64,000 bases of DNA from Camelus ferus (GCF_009834535.1 NC_045697.1:58220001-58284000), one strand, 5' to 3'. Shown: positions 42,291 through 54,738, counted from the stretch's first letter. Notes: generated by a model from the letters alone, not told the origin. A program made the numbers and translations.

Positions 42291-42913
42291 TTACAGTTTC
42301 AATTAATGAGGAACATCTGAGTCATCTTAAAACTCTGACCGTTCTATGAGGAAACCTTGTTTGGGAACTGAAGGATACCTTTAAAGATTTCACAGTTCTT
42401 ATTTGGCTTTTATTCTGTGAATTTGGGATTTTGGCAGGAGAACCACTTTATAAATAGCTCAGAAGACCTGGATGGCAACTAGAAATACAGGCACAAGGAA
42501 CTCATCATCATGGAAGAAATGAACCGCCTTCTCCAGCAGAGAGGAACCTGGACAACTCTAAACCATCAGACCTAGAGGTTAATGGTAGGTGGATTTCAAT
42601 TACAGCTAAAATTAATAGTCACTGGGACCAGCTAAATTAATACTATCTCCTTTCTAATATTCTCAGTTTTTTAGAGGACCGGAAGGAGCTCCCTCTCATT
42701 TCATCTTCATAGGCCTCTTCCTAGATCCAGGCACGTGTGTAGTTCTGAAGAAGGAACTCTGATCTGATACTACCTTCCCCAGGAATCCTTCCCTGACCTC
42801 TTCTTTCACGTGATTCCTTGTCCATCACTCCTGGCTGGGCCAGAGTACCTCTGTTTCCATGCTCTTACTACATATATGTTTACTTCGATCTCCCTCTCTC
42901 ACCTGGAACTTTC

Positions 42914-43165
42914 TTTTTTTTTTTTTTAATGTGTTACAGGTATACAATGTAGTGAGTCTCAATTTTTAAAGGTTATGCTCCATTTATAGTTATTATAAAA
43001 AAAACTGGCTATATTTCCTGTGTTGTACAGTATATCCTTGTAGCTTATTTTACACCTAATAAATATAATATACCTAAGTTTTATACCTACCTTTGTACCT
43101 CCTACTCCCCTCTCTATATTGCCCCTCCCACCTTCTCTCTCCCCACTAGTAACCAGTAGTTTTTT
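42914..43165 (-). mobile_element. L1 3' end, cetartiodactyl-like
   Basis: Poly-T, then aggttatgctccatttatagttattataaaa...ggctatatttcctgtgttgtacagtatatccttg...ccccactagtaacca. Confidence 0.8.
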
Positions 43166-43264
43166 AATTTATTGAAATATATCTGTTGATACTTAGGTAC
43201 ATTTAAATGTCTGAAGATCATACTTGAGATTATTAAATTTTAATTATGTTACCCATGATTTTTA

Positions 43265-43495
43265 TAATGTAGTGGATGGGAGTGTGAATTCTGGAGTTCA
43301 GTTGCCTAGGTTCAAATTCAAGCTTCGTGACTATGAACAGTGTGACCTGAAGGAAGTTATTTCAACTATTTCTATCTTAGTTTTCTTACATGAAAAATTG
43401 GGATAATATGACCTAACCAACAGAGATATTGTGAGCATTAAATAAATGACATGCTAAGCACTCGAAACAGTACATGGTATATAGGACATTCAATG
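43265..43495 (+). mobile_element. MIR SINE
   Basis: ctggagttcagttgcctaggttcaaattc...tgtgacctgaaggaagttattt...gtgagcattaaataa. Confidence 0.75.
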
Positions 43496-46400
43496 TTAAA
43501 ATTTCACCTCCACAAGCCATAAAAGACTGAGTAACATTTCTTAGTAGGATAGTTTCTGCCTCTCTTCCTAGTATTTCTCTTTCCCTTTATACATTTTTAT
43601 ATTCTATTATGTGTTGCATAGTGGTTCAGTTTCATGAGAGATACAGCTGATTTGTGGATGGTACTTTTATAAATATGAATGGCTGTCTTTTTCCAATTTA
43701 ATGTTTTCTATTTTAAATTCTACTTTGTCTCCTAAGAATATACTGACATCTGCTTTTATAAAGTTTTTTCTTTAGTTTTCATTTTGGATTTGCTTTATGC
43801 ATTCTTTGCATTTTAGCTTTCTGTATCATCTTCAATGTATGTCTGCAAGTATCACATAGACAGATTTGGATTTGGAACCCATTCCAAGAAACTCTTTGTT
43901 GCATAAACAAGTTTAACTTTTTACAGTTACTGTCAAAGTTGATGTATTTCTTTTTCTTTTATATTCTATTGTACTTGCTGTATTTGGGGCTTCCTTGCTC
44001 TTTGTTCATTTCATTTTTTATTCTGTGCACAATGTTCTTAGATTTTTTCATTCTTATATAATATACATACTATTTTTACTTTTTAAAGGATGTTAAAGTA
44101 TTAAATTTATATTTAGACTTATAATTCTCAAATCATCATCCAGATGAAAAAGTATCCTGATTCCCTGGGAATTACAAAGAAATTCATAGCTACTTCTTGT
44201 TTTCTGTGTATATTTAGGATTTTATTATTAACATTTTACATTTATGTAGTTCCATCTCAATAATTATAGTTTTTGAAATTTTTTGACAGATTACTGTTTT
44301 AGTTTCTAGCAGATTACTGTTTCCTCATAACAAAGTGATACACACAAAAATGTTATTTTTAAAATATCTGAAAAAATAAAATAAAAATAAAGTAAAAATA
44401 TCTGTGTAACAAGAATTAGTCTATACTTCAAACTCCCAGTTCATGCCATTGCAAAAAAACTGAATCTAGACATTTAAAAGTAAACTCAGTGACTTTTGAG
44501 GTTTACTAATAATTTCAACTTTAAAATATGTTGTTAGAGAAGTGGCTTTACTCTTCCTTTTCCCTGTGAAGGCATCTAGGAGTAGAATTTGAGGAGGGCA
44601 GCAGGTTTGTACGGCATCACTGCATCAGGAGCAAGCTGCCCTTGGGAGTCACTGAAATCCATTTTTGGTTGACATCAGACCTTTTCTATAACAAAAACAC
44701 ATGCTACCATTTTTATTCTCTGAGGGCACCATGCTAGAGCAACGTAACTTGACCCCAGAAGACTGTTCACTTTCTGGGCACCACCTGAGAAATGAGGAGG
44801 TGTCTCCCCCCTGTTCTCAAATCCCCATCATCTCAAAGCTGCTATCACAAACCTCAGCCCTTGGCCTGGTTGAGGATGCAGACTTCTAATGTTTGCTCTC
44901 TTCCCCAGTTTGTCCCCTTTCTTTATTGCATCTACAGCAAGAAACCTTGTTATTCATAAATTTTTTCTCCCAAATCTATTATTAAGGTATATATTTTGAC
45001 TCTAGATACCCTGAAGTCAAACTGTCACCTACGCCAGAAATTTCAAAAGTCCATCTGAAAATGAGAAATCTCAAAATAAAAAATCTGATAGTTTGCTCTT
45101 TCTATGTGCCTTTCCTTCACAGAGGCCTCGGTACTCAAGAATTTTCTAGAAAGCAGGACATAAGTAACACATAGAAATGTAAATTCCAGGAGCAAAAAAT
45201 ACAACATCAAAATATTAACTCTGTTACCATTTTTATAATAAATACATTTACTAACCATTGATTTAAATCTATTTATCTGTTCGTTACTTACTATAAGTCC
45301 TTTCATACAACAATTTTTATTTTGGTTTGTCTCTCAATTGACTGGAGTTTATCTCTTGTTGATTTCTTTTAAGGTCACTGTTAGAGTGCTATATTTGACT
45401 ATTTAAGAATTTATTTATCTTAGAATCTTTGTTAGATTCACCCGCAAGAACAACTAGGAAAATATGTTTTTCCCCACAAGATCTCTGTAGTCTGCTCATT
45501 TTGCCTTCTAGAAGTATATATGCAGAATAGTCAAAGTCTCTAAACCAAATAAATTGTCACACAAAGGGTGAAGAGGGTCACATATCTGTATGTATTCACA
45601 GGCCAAATAAAAAGATAATACTTAAAAATACACTGGATAATTGTTAAGAAAAAACAAAATACAGACTCTTCTGAGCCATTCTTAGACAATGCCCCTTTAT
45701 TAAGCTTGAAGTACCCTTAGTAATTACAGATAGTTAAGATTTCCCCTCTGCTTAAAGAAAACATTTAAAAATATAAATTGTGACTATATTTTCAAATTAG
45801 TTCTACTTATATCCATGTATGCATTTAAATTTCAAATTTAAATGCAAAAATAAATTGCAAAGCTTACAAAGACTAGTGAAATTTTTTTTCCATATAATGC
45901 AATGAAAAGTATTCAGTATAGCTCAGTGTATAATGCTGCTAATAACAAAAAGAGATAGGCCAGCTCATTAAACCTGTCCTACATGGAGTCATGGAGTTAG
46001 GATTGAATGCTATCATTGCTATCATTTTCAAAAATGGGTCAGAACACTTTCCTTTATTTGAAGGACACAATCATAAGCAAAAACCCATTTTGTCTACCTT
46101 TCATCAAGGTGAAAGATCTGCTCAAATCCAAATCTGCTCAAATACATAAAGGGAAAAATAGGAAAGAAGAAAAGTACTCACAGAGGACTGAAAATAATGT
46201 GATAATGCTTCAGTGCTTTTAACTTATCTGAATACTTACCATGTTTTCTTAAGAAAACTCCCAAATACAAAATTTTAGACATAAAAGCTATGAGATTTCC
46301 TTGTAAGAGGTTGAAATGGACACAAATGTCTACCTTCCTCTGAGTTTCCTATGCAAATGATCAGAAATAGGCAAAAAACAAAATAAAACCTACAACACTA

Positions 46401-46594
46401 AAAACTAATTAATGGATCCATTCATATTCCTAACAACTCAAAATATTATTTTCCTATGTTGTGATTATGGGACAATTATTACTCTGTAATGCAATGTACT
46501 ATGGGCAGACCCTTAATTTACCACCCAAAACAATAGACATTGTTTTTAGCAAATAACCTATTACTCAAAAAAAAAAATTAATGGGTCCAATATT

Positions 46595-47080
46595 TGAATC
46601 AGAGATGCTGTTGGCTGTAAGTTATGGAATAAACTATTCAAACAATTAAATAAGTATTTATTGTAAATAACAAGTCTAAAGGTAGGTAGTATAAAGGTTG
46701 GTTCTGTGTTTCAATGTCACTAAGACACAGAGCTGGATGCTGTTTTCAGGCTGTGGCTTTGTGGTTCCAAGATTGACACTGCATGTCTTTGTATCACATG
46801 CTTGAACAACAACACCCAAAGAAAGTAAGTTAGGGTTCTATCCTCATAGCACTATTTTTTTTTTTTTTTACCAAGGAGAGTATCAGAAGAATGCATGCAT
46901 GCACACGCACGCACACAGTTCTGCTTTTTTATCTTTTTGGCCAGCACTATGGCCTAGCTTTACTGCAAGGGAGGCCAGAAAATGAGATCTGACACTTGTA
47001 CTCTTTATAATGAGAGGCAAACTTTGGCAGGAAGTAAAAACAGAGAAAGGAAATGGTTAGATAGTCAAGGCACAGTGTCA
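46595..47080 (-). mobile_element. Old MLT1-like LTR
   Basis: gaatcagagatgctgttggctgtaagttatggaata...gctttactgcaagggaggccagaaaatgag. Confidence 0.5.
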
Positions 47081-48379
47081 CTGTTTCATTATCTCATCAA
47101 ATTATAGAACTTAATCAAATTTTTAGGTTAACCAAATAATATAATGGATTAAATGTTGAATCTATCAAAATATAGATTCTATGGGGTTTTACTTAGTTTC
47201 TTTGAAAGCGAAATTTAATTCTGAGGAAGTAAAAACTTGCTTGAAATCATATGTATATATAATCAAATAGATTATTCAGTAACATTAACCTTTATAGTTT
47301 AAGTACAAAATGTATCAACTGTCATATCCCCCAAAACATCAAAACCCTGTCATCCTAGCCAAGTTAAGTTTCTTAGAGTTTTGAGTGTAAGAGACAATGC
47401 CACTTTGACAGTCCTAACTGCACATCAAAAGAGAGAACTCAAAGATGGATACTTACAAAATTTGGGAGACCAGGTTCAAAGTTCAAGACAAGAAATTGAT
47501 TGGTATTGAGCATAGAATGTGATGTAACAATTTAGAATTGGTGGATATAGCACAGTGTGGGTTTTGATGAGTAAACACCTATATGACATGTGAGCTTTTT
47601 ACACCAGTGATCATTCTATTTTCCTGACACGAGAGCTATTTGCCCAGAGGAGCAAACTGTTTGCCTGGATAAATTGGTTTACAGCAATTTCCTCAAGTAA
47701 ATAGTGGAGTCATTTTTCAGTTTACACTCTTACCATCCTAGACAAGAGCTTTTGGGGAATTGTGTCATATTATCATATATAGCCTCAGTTCTCTATCTGC
47801 CCTTGTAATTCTTACACCTGTACTGAACAACAAATCAATATCATCTAGGGATATCATCAACCCAAGACTGGACCACTCTTTGTGGATCATGAGTACATAG
47901 CAAGTTTCTGGTTGTGGTCATTTCAATCTCTGAAAAGTTAGATTTTCCCATTCTTTTCGGTATATGATTGTTTGGGGACAGTGGCTGTATAACAGTATTT
48001 AAGACTCTGGAGATCATACATTTGAGTCCTACAACATAGTGAATACTAAGAAAAGGTCATGATTAGAGTTCAGGTTTTCTTCTAGGCCAGGGGGTAAGAA
48101 TACCCAAATTAAACCAAGGGAATATATCCTTTGACCAATCTAAAAAGCCCATAGAATGAGATATCAGGGTATTTACAAAAGCACAGTTATCATCTTATGT
48201 GTGTACATGTGTATTATCTTTGTGTATATAAATATATATGTATGTATGAATGTTATGGGCTGAATTGTGTCTCCACAAAATTCATATATTGAGGTCCTGA
48301 CCCTTAGTACCTCAAAATGTGACTATGATTAGACACAGGGTCTTAAAAGTGGTAATTAGGTTAAAATGAGATCATTAGA

Positions 48380-49658
48380 CATTGCCAGTGCCACTCCCAT
48401 CAGCCCCACTCCCCCTGCCAGCTATCCTTCATGCACTAGGCATCCAATGAGATGCTCCAGGCACCAGAGGAGCGGACCTAGGCAGAAGCAATGGTGGCCA
48501 GGCTCGGACTGGGACTGTTGCTTCTGGCATTGCTCTTACCTACACAGATCTATTCAAATAAAGTAATTATTATTTTAACACTCTCAAGTAACTCCTCCCA
48601 GCATACCTCGGCCACAGCAAATCCAGCTAATGTCACCACCAAAGCAAGTGACAGTGCTCTGCAGTCAACTGCCAGTCTCTTCATGATCTCGGTCTCCCTT
48701 CCACATCACTACTATTAGCAGATGCAGGCCAAGAAACCTATATTTTCCCGTCTTCTAAACCCAATTCAGATGGCATCTAGTTGACCAGTGTGACAAGAAA
48801 AAAACAGGTCTTCGTTGAATGAATCTGCTGATTCCACCCCTTATTTTATTGACAGAAAATGTTAAGGATGCCAGATTTGATTGGTTTGAAGAGCATGTGA
48901 AGGAATTGACTAGATGATGAATGCCAATATTAAGTCTGTTGGAGTTTCCTGTACAAGATGGAGAGACAATGGCTAAAATTAGTTGAGATGATTTACTTAA
49001 ATGTGGTTTAAAAAGTATGGACACATTAAACTCTACTTTGAAAATGAGAAAAGATTTTATCTCCCTTAGAGATAAAGAATGGAATGTGGAACAGTGATTC
49101 AGTTTTCATTTGGTTCATTAAATTTATAAGGCCATAACAATAATTAATACAGAAAGAGCTTCCATGATTCTATTTATATATACATGAGAAGGAACTTTCA
49201 GGTGTTACTGTAAATCCTCAATGCATCATTTCAGCAGTACTAATGTAATGACAATCTACTCTAGATAAAATTTTACATTAAGCTATCACTGTTTTCTTGG
49301 GAACTGAGCTCTTTCCTCCGAGGATCTGGATTTGACATTGCATTTGACTTTATATATAGTAATCAATATGTGCCAGGGCACTGATGGGTTGGAATCTACT
49401 CCAAATCCAAGCATAATGAGCACCTCTTGCTTATATACTTATCAACTACTCTTATTCAATAAGAGCACTAGATTCTTTTAGCTAAACTGATAACAGAGCC
49501 AAAGTACATTGACCTCAACTAATTTCAAAATGCTTTCTATTTCTGCATCTGTTGAATACTTTTTACAGTTTAAAAAATTCTTTCGGAAGTGAAATTGGCA
49601 AATCTTGAGATTAAAAAGGCAAATTTTGAAATTAAAAAGGCAAATATTAAACAAATAA
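48380..49658 (+). pseudogene. CD24: Processed (retrotransposed) copy of CD24 mRNA: 5'UTR + CDS + partial 3'UTR
   Basis: The ORF begins [22 protein letters not shown], identical to the CD24 signal peptide. TQ|IYS (CAG|ATC at 48547/48548, the recalled exon junction) is contiguous, so there is no intron. Downstream sequence (caggccaagaaac...tcttctaaacccaat...gccaatattaa) resembles the CD24 3'UTR. The copy has an A-rich end and is flanked by the direct repeat ATCATTAGA (48371-48379 and 49659-49667). Confidence 0.95.
48491..48718 (+). CDS. CD24: Residual 75-aa CD24-like ORF (signal peptide, Ser/Thr-rich core, degenerate GPI signal); translation unproven
   Basis: [75 protein letters not shown] is collinear with CD24, with no frameshift or internal stop. 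The canonical first ATG (MGRA) is lost: ggacctaggcagaagcaATG. Confidence 0.4.
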   Translation: MVARLGLGLLLLALLLPTQIYSNKVIIILTLSSNSSQHTSATANPANVTTKASDSALQSTASLFMISVSLPHHYY

Positions 49659-50656
49659 ATCATTAGAGTGGGCCCTAATAAAAATGGTGTCCTTGTAAGA
49701 AGAGGAGATTTGAACATAAACACAGAGGAAAGATCATGTGAGGACACAGGGAAAAGATGGCCATCTATAAGCCAACAAGAGAGGCCTCAGAAGAAATCAT
49801 CCCTATTGACACCTTGATCTTGGAACTTTTGCTTCCAGAATTGTGAGAAAATAAATTTACGTTATTTAAACCACCCAGTATGTAATAGCTTATTACAGCA
49901 GCCCTAGCAAACTAATACATTGATATTTTTCTTGCAACTCTTGAACCAGCTGTTCTCTAAATATAGTTTATTCTTACTATCTTTATCCAAAGTAAGCCAA
50001 TTTTATTTTTCCAAAAGTAATAAAAGCAGAAAGCCAAAAATATTATTTCATAAGCATAAATCTACCAGATTAGTAAGTTTTAAGGTAGATCACTTAAAGG
50101 CAATTGCATATACTTTTACTATAAAAGCATTCTACAATATATAAAAATAAAGGATAGATATAAGAAAGAACTCATGACCAGTGTTTTGCATCTTTTTCTT
50201 CTTAGAAATTATTCAAGTATCCAAAGGTTAAATTATAAACTCAATAAACTATTAGTCTAAGACCTTAAGTAACAGTTTAGAAATTAAGTGAATACTATAT
50301 CACTGGTAATATATATATCACTGGTAATATAAGTATTCAATGGTTTAACCACTTTTAACAGTTACTCATTATTACAAGTTATTTTAGTTAAGTAAAACTG
50401 TCTGTCTGTAATATTAAAACAGACAGCTCAACTCATATTTTATATATAATATATAGTATAATGTTACATAATACAATATAAAATTTTTGCATGTTTAACT
50501 CATAAGAAATTAAACTCAAGGCATGTCCAAATAAAATACTGTGCTAAGATATGGTGGTAAATCAGGGAGAAGATACTAAGTTGTCTGACTAAGCTAAAAG
50601 AATTTTAAGAATTTTATCTCTTGTTTTGGAATATCACAAGAACTCAGGATCCTACA

Positions 50657-51347
50657 GTCCCACCAGCAATGCGTGAGAGATTGTTTCTCTGCATCCTCAT
50701 CAGTATTTGCAATTGTCACTATTTTTTGTTTTAGCTCTTCCAATAAGTATGTCATTTTGGTTTAAATTTTTATTTCCCTAATGGTCAGTGATGTTGAACA
50801 TTTTTTCATTTACTTATTTGCCATCTTTATACCCTTTTCAGTGAAGTGTTTCTTTATGCTCTTTGCCCACTTTCTATTTGGCATGGCTTGCAGGTTTTTT
50901 GTTTGTTTACTGTTGAGTTTTAAGAGGTCTGTGTATGTTCTGAATATGAATCTTCATCAGATACATGGTTTACAACTCTCTTCTCTGTCTGTAGCTTGCC
51001 TTGTAATCTTAAACAGCCTTTCTCAGAGCAAATGGTTTTAATTCTGATGAAGTCTAATTATCGATTTCTTTTGTCTTATCATGCTTCTGCTATGACCAAG
51101 AACACCTGATCAAGTTACAGTTTTCCCCCTGTGTTATCTTCTAAAGGTTTAAGAGTTTTGAGTTAACTATTTTGAGTTAGTTTTTGGATAAGGTGTGAGG
51201 TACGGATCAACCTTTATTATTTTTGTCTATAGAGGTTTAATTACTTCAGCACCATTTGTTGAAAAGACTAGCCTTTCTCCACTGAATTGCTATTGCACTT
51301 TTCTTAAACATTAAAATCAGCATTTGCAGGGGTCTATTTCTGGGTCT
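50657..51347 (-). mobile_element. L1 (MA/MB-like) ORF2 3' fragment
   Basis: cccaccagcaatgcgtgagag...atttccctaatggtcagtgatgttgaacattttttcat...cagcaccatttgttgaaaagact. Confidence 0.88.
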
Positions 51348-52301
51348 AAAGTTCTTTTAAATAAATTACTGGAATTGGTATTAATTTTCCCACTAGTTTT
51401 GTTACTCTGGTAAAAGTTTTTAGTGTCTGCATTTTATACCATTACTTTCTAATATAACCTGTTTACCATTAATAAAAAGTACATTTGAGCATTGGAACTT
51501 ATTTTAAATATTTATTCAAACATTTTCTTGATCACTCTCTCATCTTCTTTATCCAAATAATAAAATAGAAATTGTATTCTACAACATTAGATTATATTCA
51601 TAGCATAAAAACGCTGTTCTCTAATTAGATGAAATATTCAAAACAGTGATTGAGAAAGCTTTCCTATTCTACTGGAATGATATGGTATCATTTGGAACAT
51701 CATGTAATTAAACACTAGAAATGAGCTATTGTTGAAATGAGAACACTGTCTAAATGAATAATCTTTACTTACACAACTCTTTGCAATGTTCAAACATTGG
51801 CCATAAAATTTTGGCCTTGTAAAAATGATCTGGAATGTACTTTTTTCCTATTTAACTCTGTACAGAATGAACTTTAAGAGGAAAGAGAAATTGTTTCATT
51901 GACAATTAACATAGGGCAACTTTAACTGAATTACTTTAAGGAAAGAATAGCCAGTACCATTAAAATCATCAAGTTCTATCTCATTTCCCCAGCAATTTAT
52001 AAAGTAATACTGTCTAAACTCTCCACAGGGGAGAAGAGAGGCCAGATGTGTAAGCACTGGCTTTCTCTTTTCCACCAAGTACATTCCCTGAATATATTGT
52101 TGATTGATGCTCAAGTTTTAAATTCTCCTTATAAAGAGTTCAGACTTAACAAATAGCTACTCATTCTTTGAGTCTGAGTCAGTGCGAAGATAAATTAATA
52201 GTCTACTAAACATGAGTGCCTTTTACGCGAGTCCTTAACTTCATATATCAGGATTAGAAATATAAACTGGGACAATTCTTTCAATAATCACCATATTCAC
52301 C

Positions 52302-52796
52302 TGTGACGGCTAATTTTATGTGTTAATTTGACTGGCTATGGTGTGCCAGATTAAACATTATTTCTGGGTGTGTCTGTGAGAGTGTTTCTGAGTGAGATTA
52401 GCATTTGAAATTGTGGATTCAATAGACTGCCCTCTCCTGTGTAGGTCAGCAACCTCCAAACCATTAAGGGCCTAAACAAAACAAAAGGTGAAGGAAGAAG
52501 GAATTTGCCCTTTTTTCTAGACCCCTGCTTGAGCTAGGACATCACATCTCATCTCTTCCGGCCCTTGGACTGGCATTTATAAACATCAGCTCTCTTGGTT
52601 TTCAGGCCTTCAGACTCAGACTGAATTATGCCACTGGCTTTTAGGGATCTTGAGTCTACAGATGGTAGACTGGGGAAATTCACAACATTCAAAACCTCAT
52701 GAGCCAGTTCCTCATAATCCTGCTCTCCTCTCCCTCCTGCCCTCTTTCCCCTCTCAGAACAGGATTCTGTTCCTCTAGAGGACTCTAACAAATACA
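52302..52796 (+). mobile_element. MLT2B-like (ERVL) solo LTR
   Basis: TGTGACGGCTAATTTTATGTGTTAATTTGACTGG ... GATTCTGTTCCTCTAGAGGACTCTAACAAATACA. Confidence 0.88.
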
Positions 52797-53520
52797 TTGC
52801 CCTTCTCAAATCACCCCCAACTGTTGCAAGTTCCAGGCTAAGTTCTGTAAGCTCTTCCTTTATATCACAAATGCATACGGTAAAAAAGAATTGAAGTGTT
52901 TATTTCATTAAGAGCTCATATTCTTCTTCAGTACCATATGGCTAAAGAAACTCTCAGTACCTCTTCTTAAACAGATTTGATTACTATTTCATAGAATTAG
53001 AGACCTGGAAGGATCTCAGTTATTTCATTACAATTATGGTTATATTAACTGTGCCAGGCACTGTCCCATGGCCCTTCCATGTACTTGACAGGTGAATAGA
53101 CGGAGTACCCAAGGTCACACTGTTAATAAATGACAAAGCCAGTTTTGCACAGGCAACCCTTCTCCAGAGCTCTTATCCTCAAACCATATGCCTCACATGC
53201 CTCAAACCCTATCATCTCTGGTGGAAACTTCTCCTTTTATGGACACGAATCAACCCCTATCAACAGTTTGAATTTTTCATTTTTGTAGCAGTTTGTTAGT
53301 ATTAATATCAAAAACTCTTTGTATTTTACCTCAGTACAGCACGTTAGAATGTTAGAATGTTAGAAACTACTTAATACAATTTTGAGTCATTTGTTTTATA
53401 AGTAACTATAATTAAAATATTTGAACTTAATTATCTTAATTTTTACAAGGATTAAAACTCAAGTTAAGTTACTGTAAATCAGAAATCTGCAATGACGTGA
53501 GTCATTCCAATGATCTAAGG

Positions 53521-53742
53521 ATACACATACACCCATACCCACACACACACACAGAGTTGCCATCATTGTACCCATCCCTCTATGTATGCCATATATGTAT
53601 GTGTGTGTATAGATATATACACACACGTGTGTATATGAACATACACAGCACATGCACACATGTACATTGTATGTTCATATACGTGTACATCATATACACA
53701 TAATTATATATACACACATACATATTTTATACACACACACAC
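53521..53742. repeat. Degenerate (CA)n/(TA)n/(TG)n repeat
   Basis: Directly visible; accounts for the three overlapping His/Tyr/Cys/Val-rich ORFs. Confidence 0.9.
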
Positions 53743-53785
53743 CCCAAATGGAGAAGTAGTACCAGTCATGGCATATTTTCTAAAT

Positions 53786-53912
53786 CAGTCATCCCTCCGT
53801 ATTCATGGGGGACTGGTTCCAGGAACCCTCTGCGGGGACCAAAATCCATGGATGTTCAAATCCCTCATATAAAATGGCAGAGTACAGCCAGCCTTCCATA
53901 TCTGTGAGTTTG
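53786..53912 (+). mobile_element. MER2-family Tigger DNA transposon fragment
   Basis: CAGTCATCCCTCCGTATTCATGGGGGACTGGTTCCAGGA...CCAAAATCCATGGATGTTCAAATCCCTCATATAAAATGG. Confidence 0.8.
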
Positions 53913-54539
53913 GAAGAGATTGGCATGTGTGGCAAACTCAATTGGGGTATGTTTCCTAAGGAGAATTGTTAGTTCTGTAAATATAGCACTTAATCTTAAA
54001 ACACTCTGTGATTAAATTTAAGCTCAGTGGACTATAAGCTTGAGATCTAAAACTTCCTTCCAGCCCAAGAATTAGCAATAACTGACTGTAAAATTTTCAG
54101 TAGGCAGAGTATATGTGGCTATATTTGACAATTTTTCTCATTTCTCAGATAGCTGCTTAAAATAAAGCATTTTTTTGTGTGTGTCAAGACTAGGCATTGA
54201 TGATGATGTTTCACAGGTATGATGGACTTTAAAGATAAACTATATTTCATAAATGAATAAGCTAAGATCTCCAGATAGTAAGTCATTTATTCTGGATGCA
54301 CAGCTAATTCATGGCACAGAAAAGACTGCATAGCTAGAAAAGTGGTATTCCACTAAGTACTGACTTCATCTACCAAGAAAAATAGGAGTATATGACCCTG
54401 GGCCCTTAGCAGAATGATCAAGGAAGATTTTCTGCACCTGGACTTAGGGATTGAACTGGGAATATTAGAAAAATGAAGAGTAGATGCATTTATTACAGGG
54501 GCAAGTCACAGATGTGGTCTGTTTCAAATAACTATAATC

Positions 54540-54738
54540 ATGACTAATATTAAATATTCACTACATGTAAGGTGCTATTTTAAGCATTTCACAAATATTG
54601 TCAGTTAATAGTAACAATTTTCAGATGAAGTTACTGAGTTACAGTGAGGTTAAATAACTTGCCCAAAAGTCACCCAGACTTAAGTCTAGTTCCAGAACAG
54701 AATTCATATGTTTAACTACTGTGCTTTACTGCCTCTTT
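54540..54738 (-). mobile_element. MIR SINE
   Basis: ttttcagatgaagttactgagttacagtgaggttaaataacttgcccaa. Confidence 0.75.

Larger units (their letters stand above)
48251..49919 (+). mobile_element. MLT1A/B-type MaLR solo LTR split by the CD24 retrocopy (48251-48379 + 49659-49919)
   Basis: Starts TGTTATGGGCTGAATTGTGTC and ends GCAGCCCTAGCAAACTAATACA. The halves rejoin as ...ttaaaatgagatcattagagtgggccctaat..., matching the MLT1A/B consensus. Confidence 0.9.

Noticed and set aside
46182..46187. 6-nt microexon (cag|TCCTCT|gtgagt, minus strand)
   Set aside because: The flanking introns to the neighbouring candidate exons would be only about 50 nt, below the usual mammalian minimum.
50296..50331. 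18-bp direct repeat TATATCACTGGTAATATA x2 (similar short duplications near 24064, 46116, 53343)
   Set aside because: Two adjacent copies without spacers: ordinary slippage duplications, not a CRISPR-like array.
53459..53872. His/Tyr/Cys-rich ORFs
   Set aside because: Translations of a CA/TA microsatellite.
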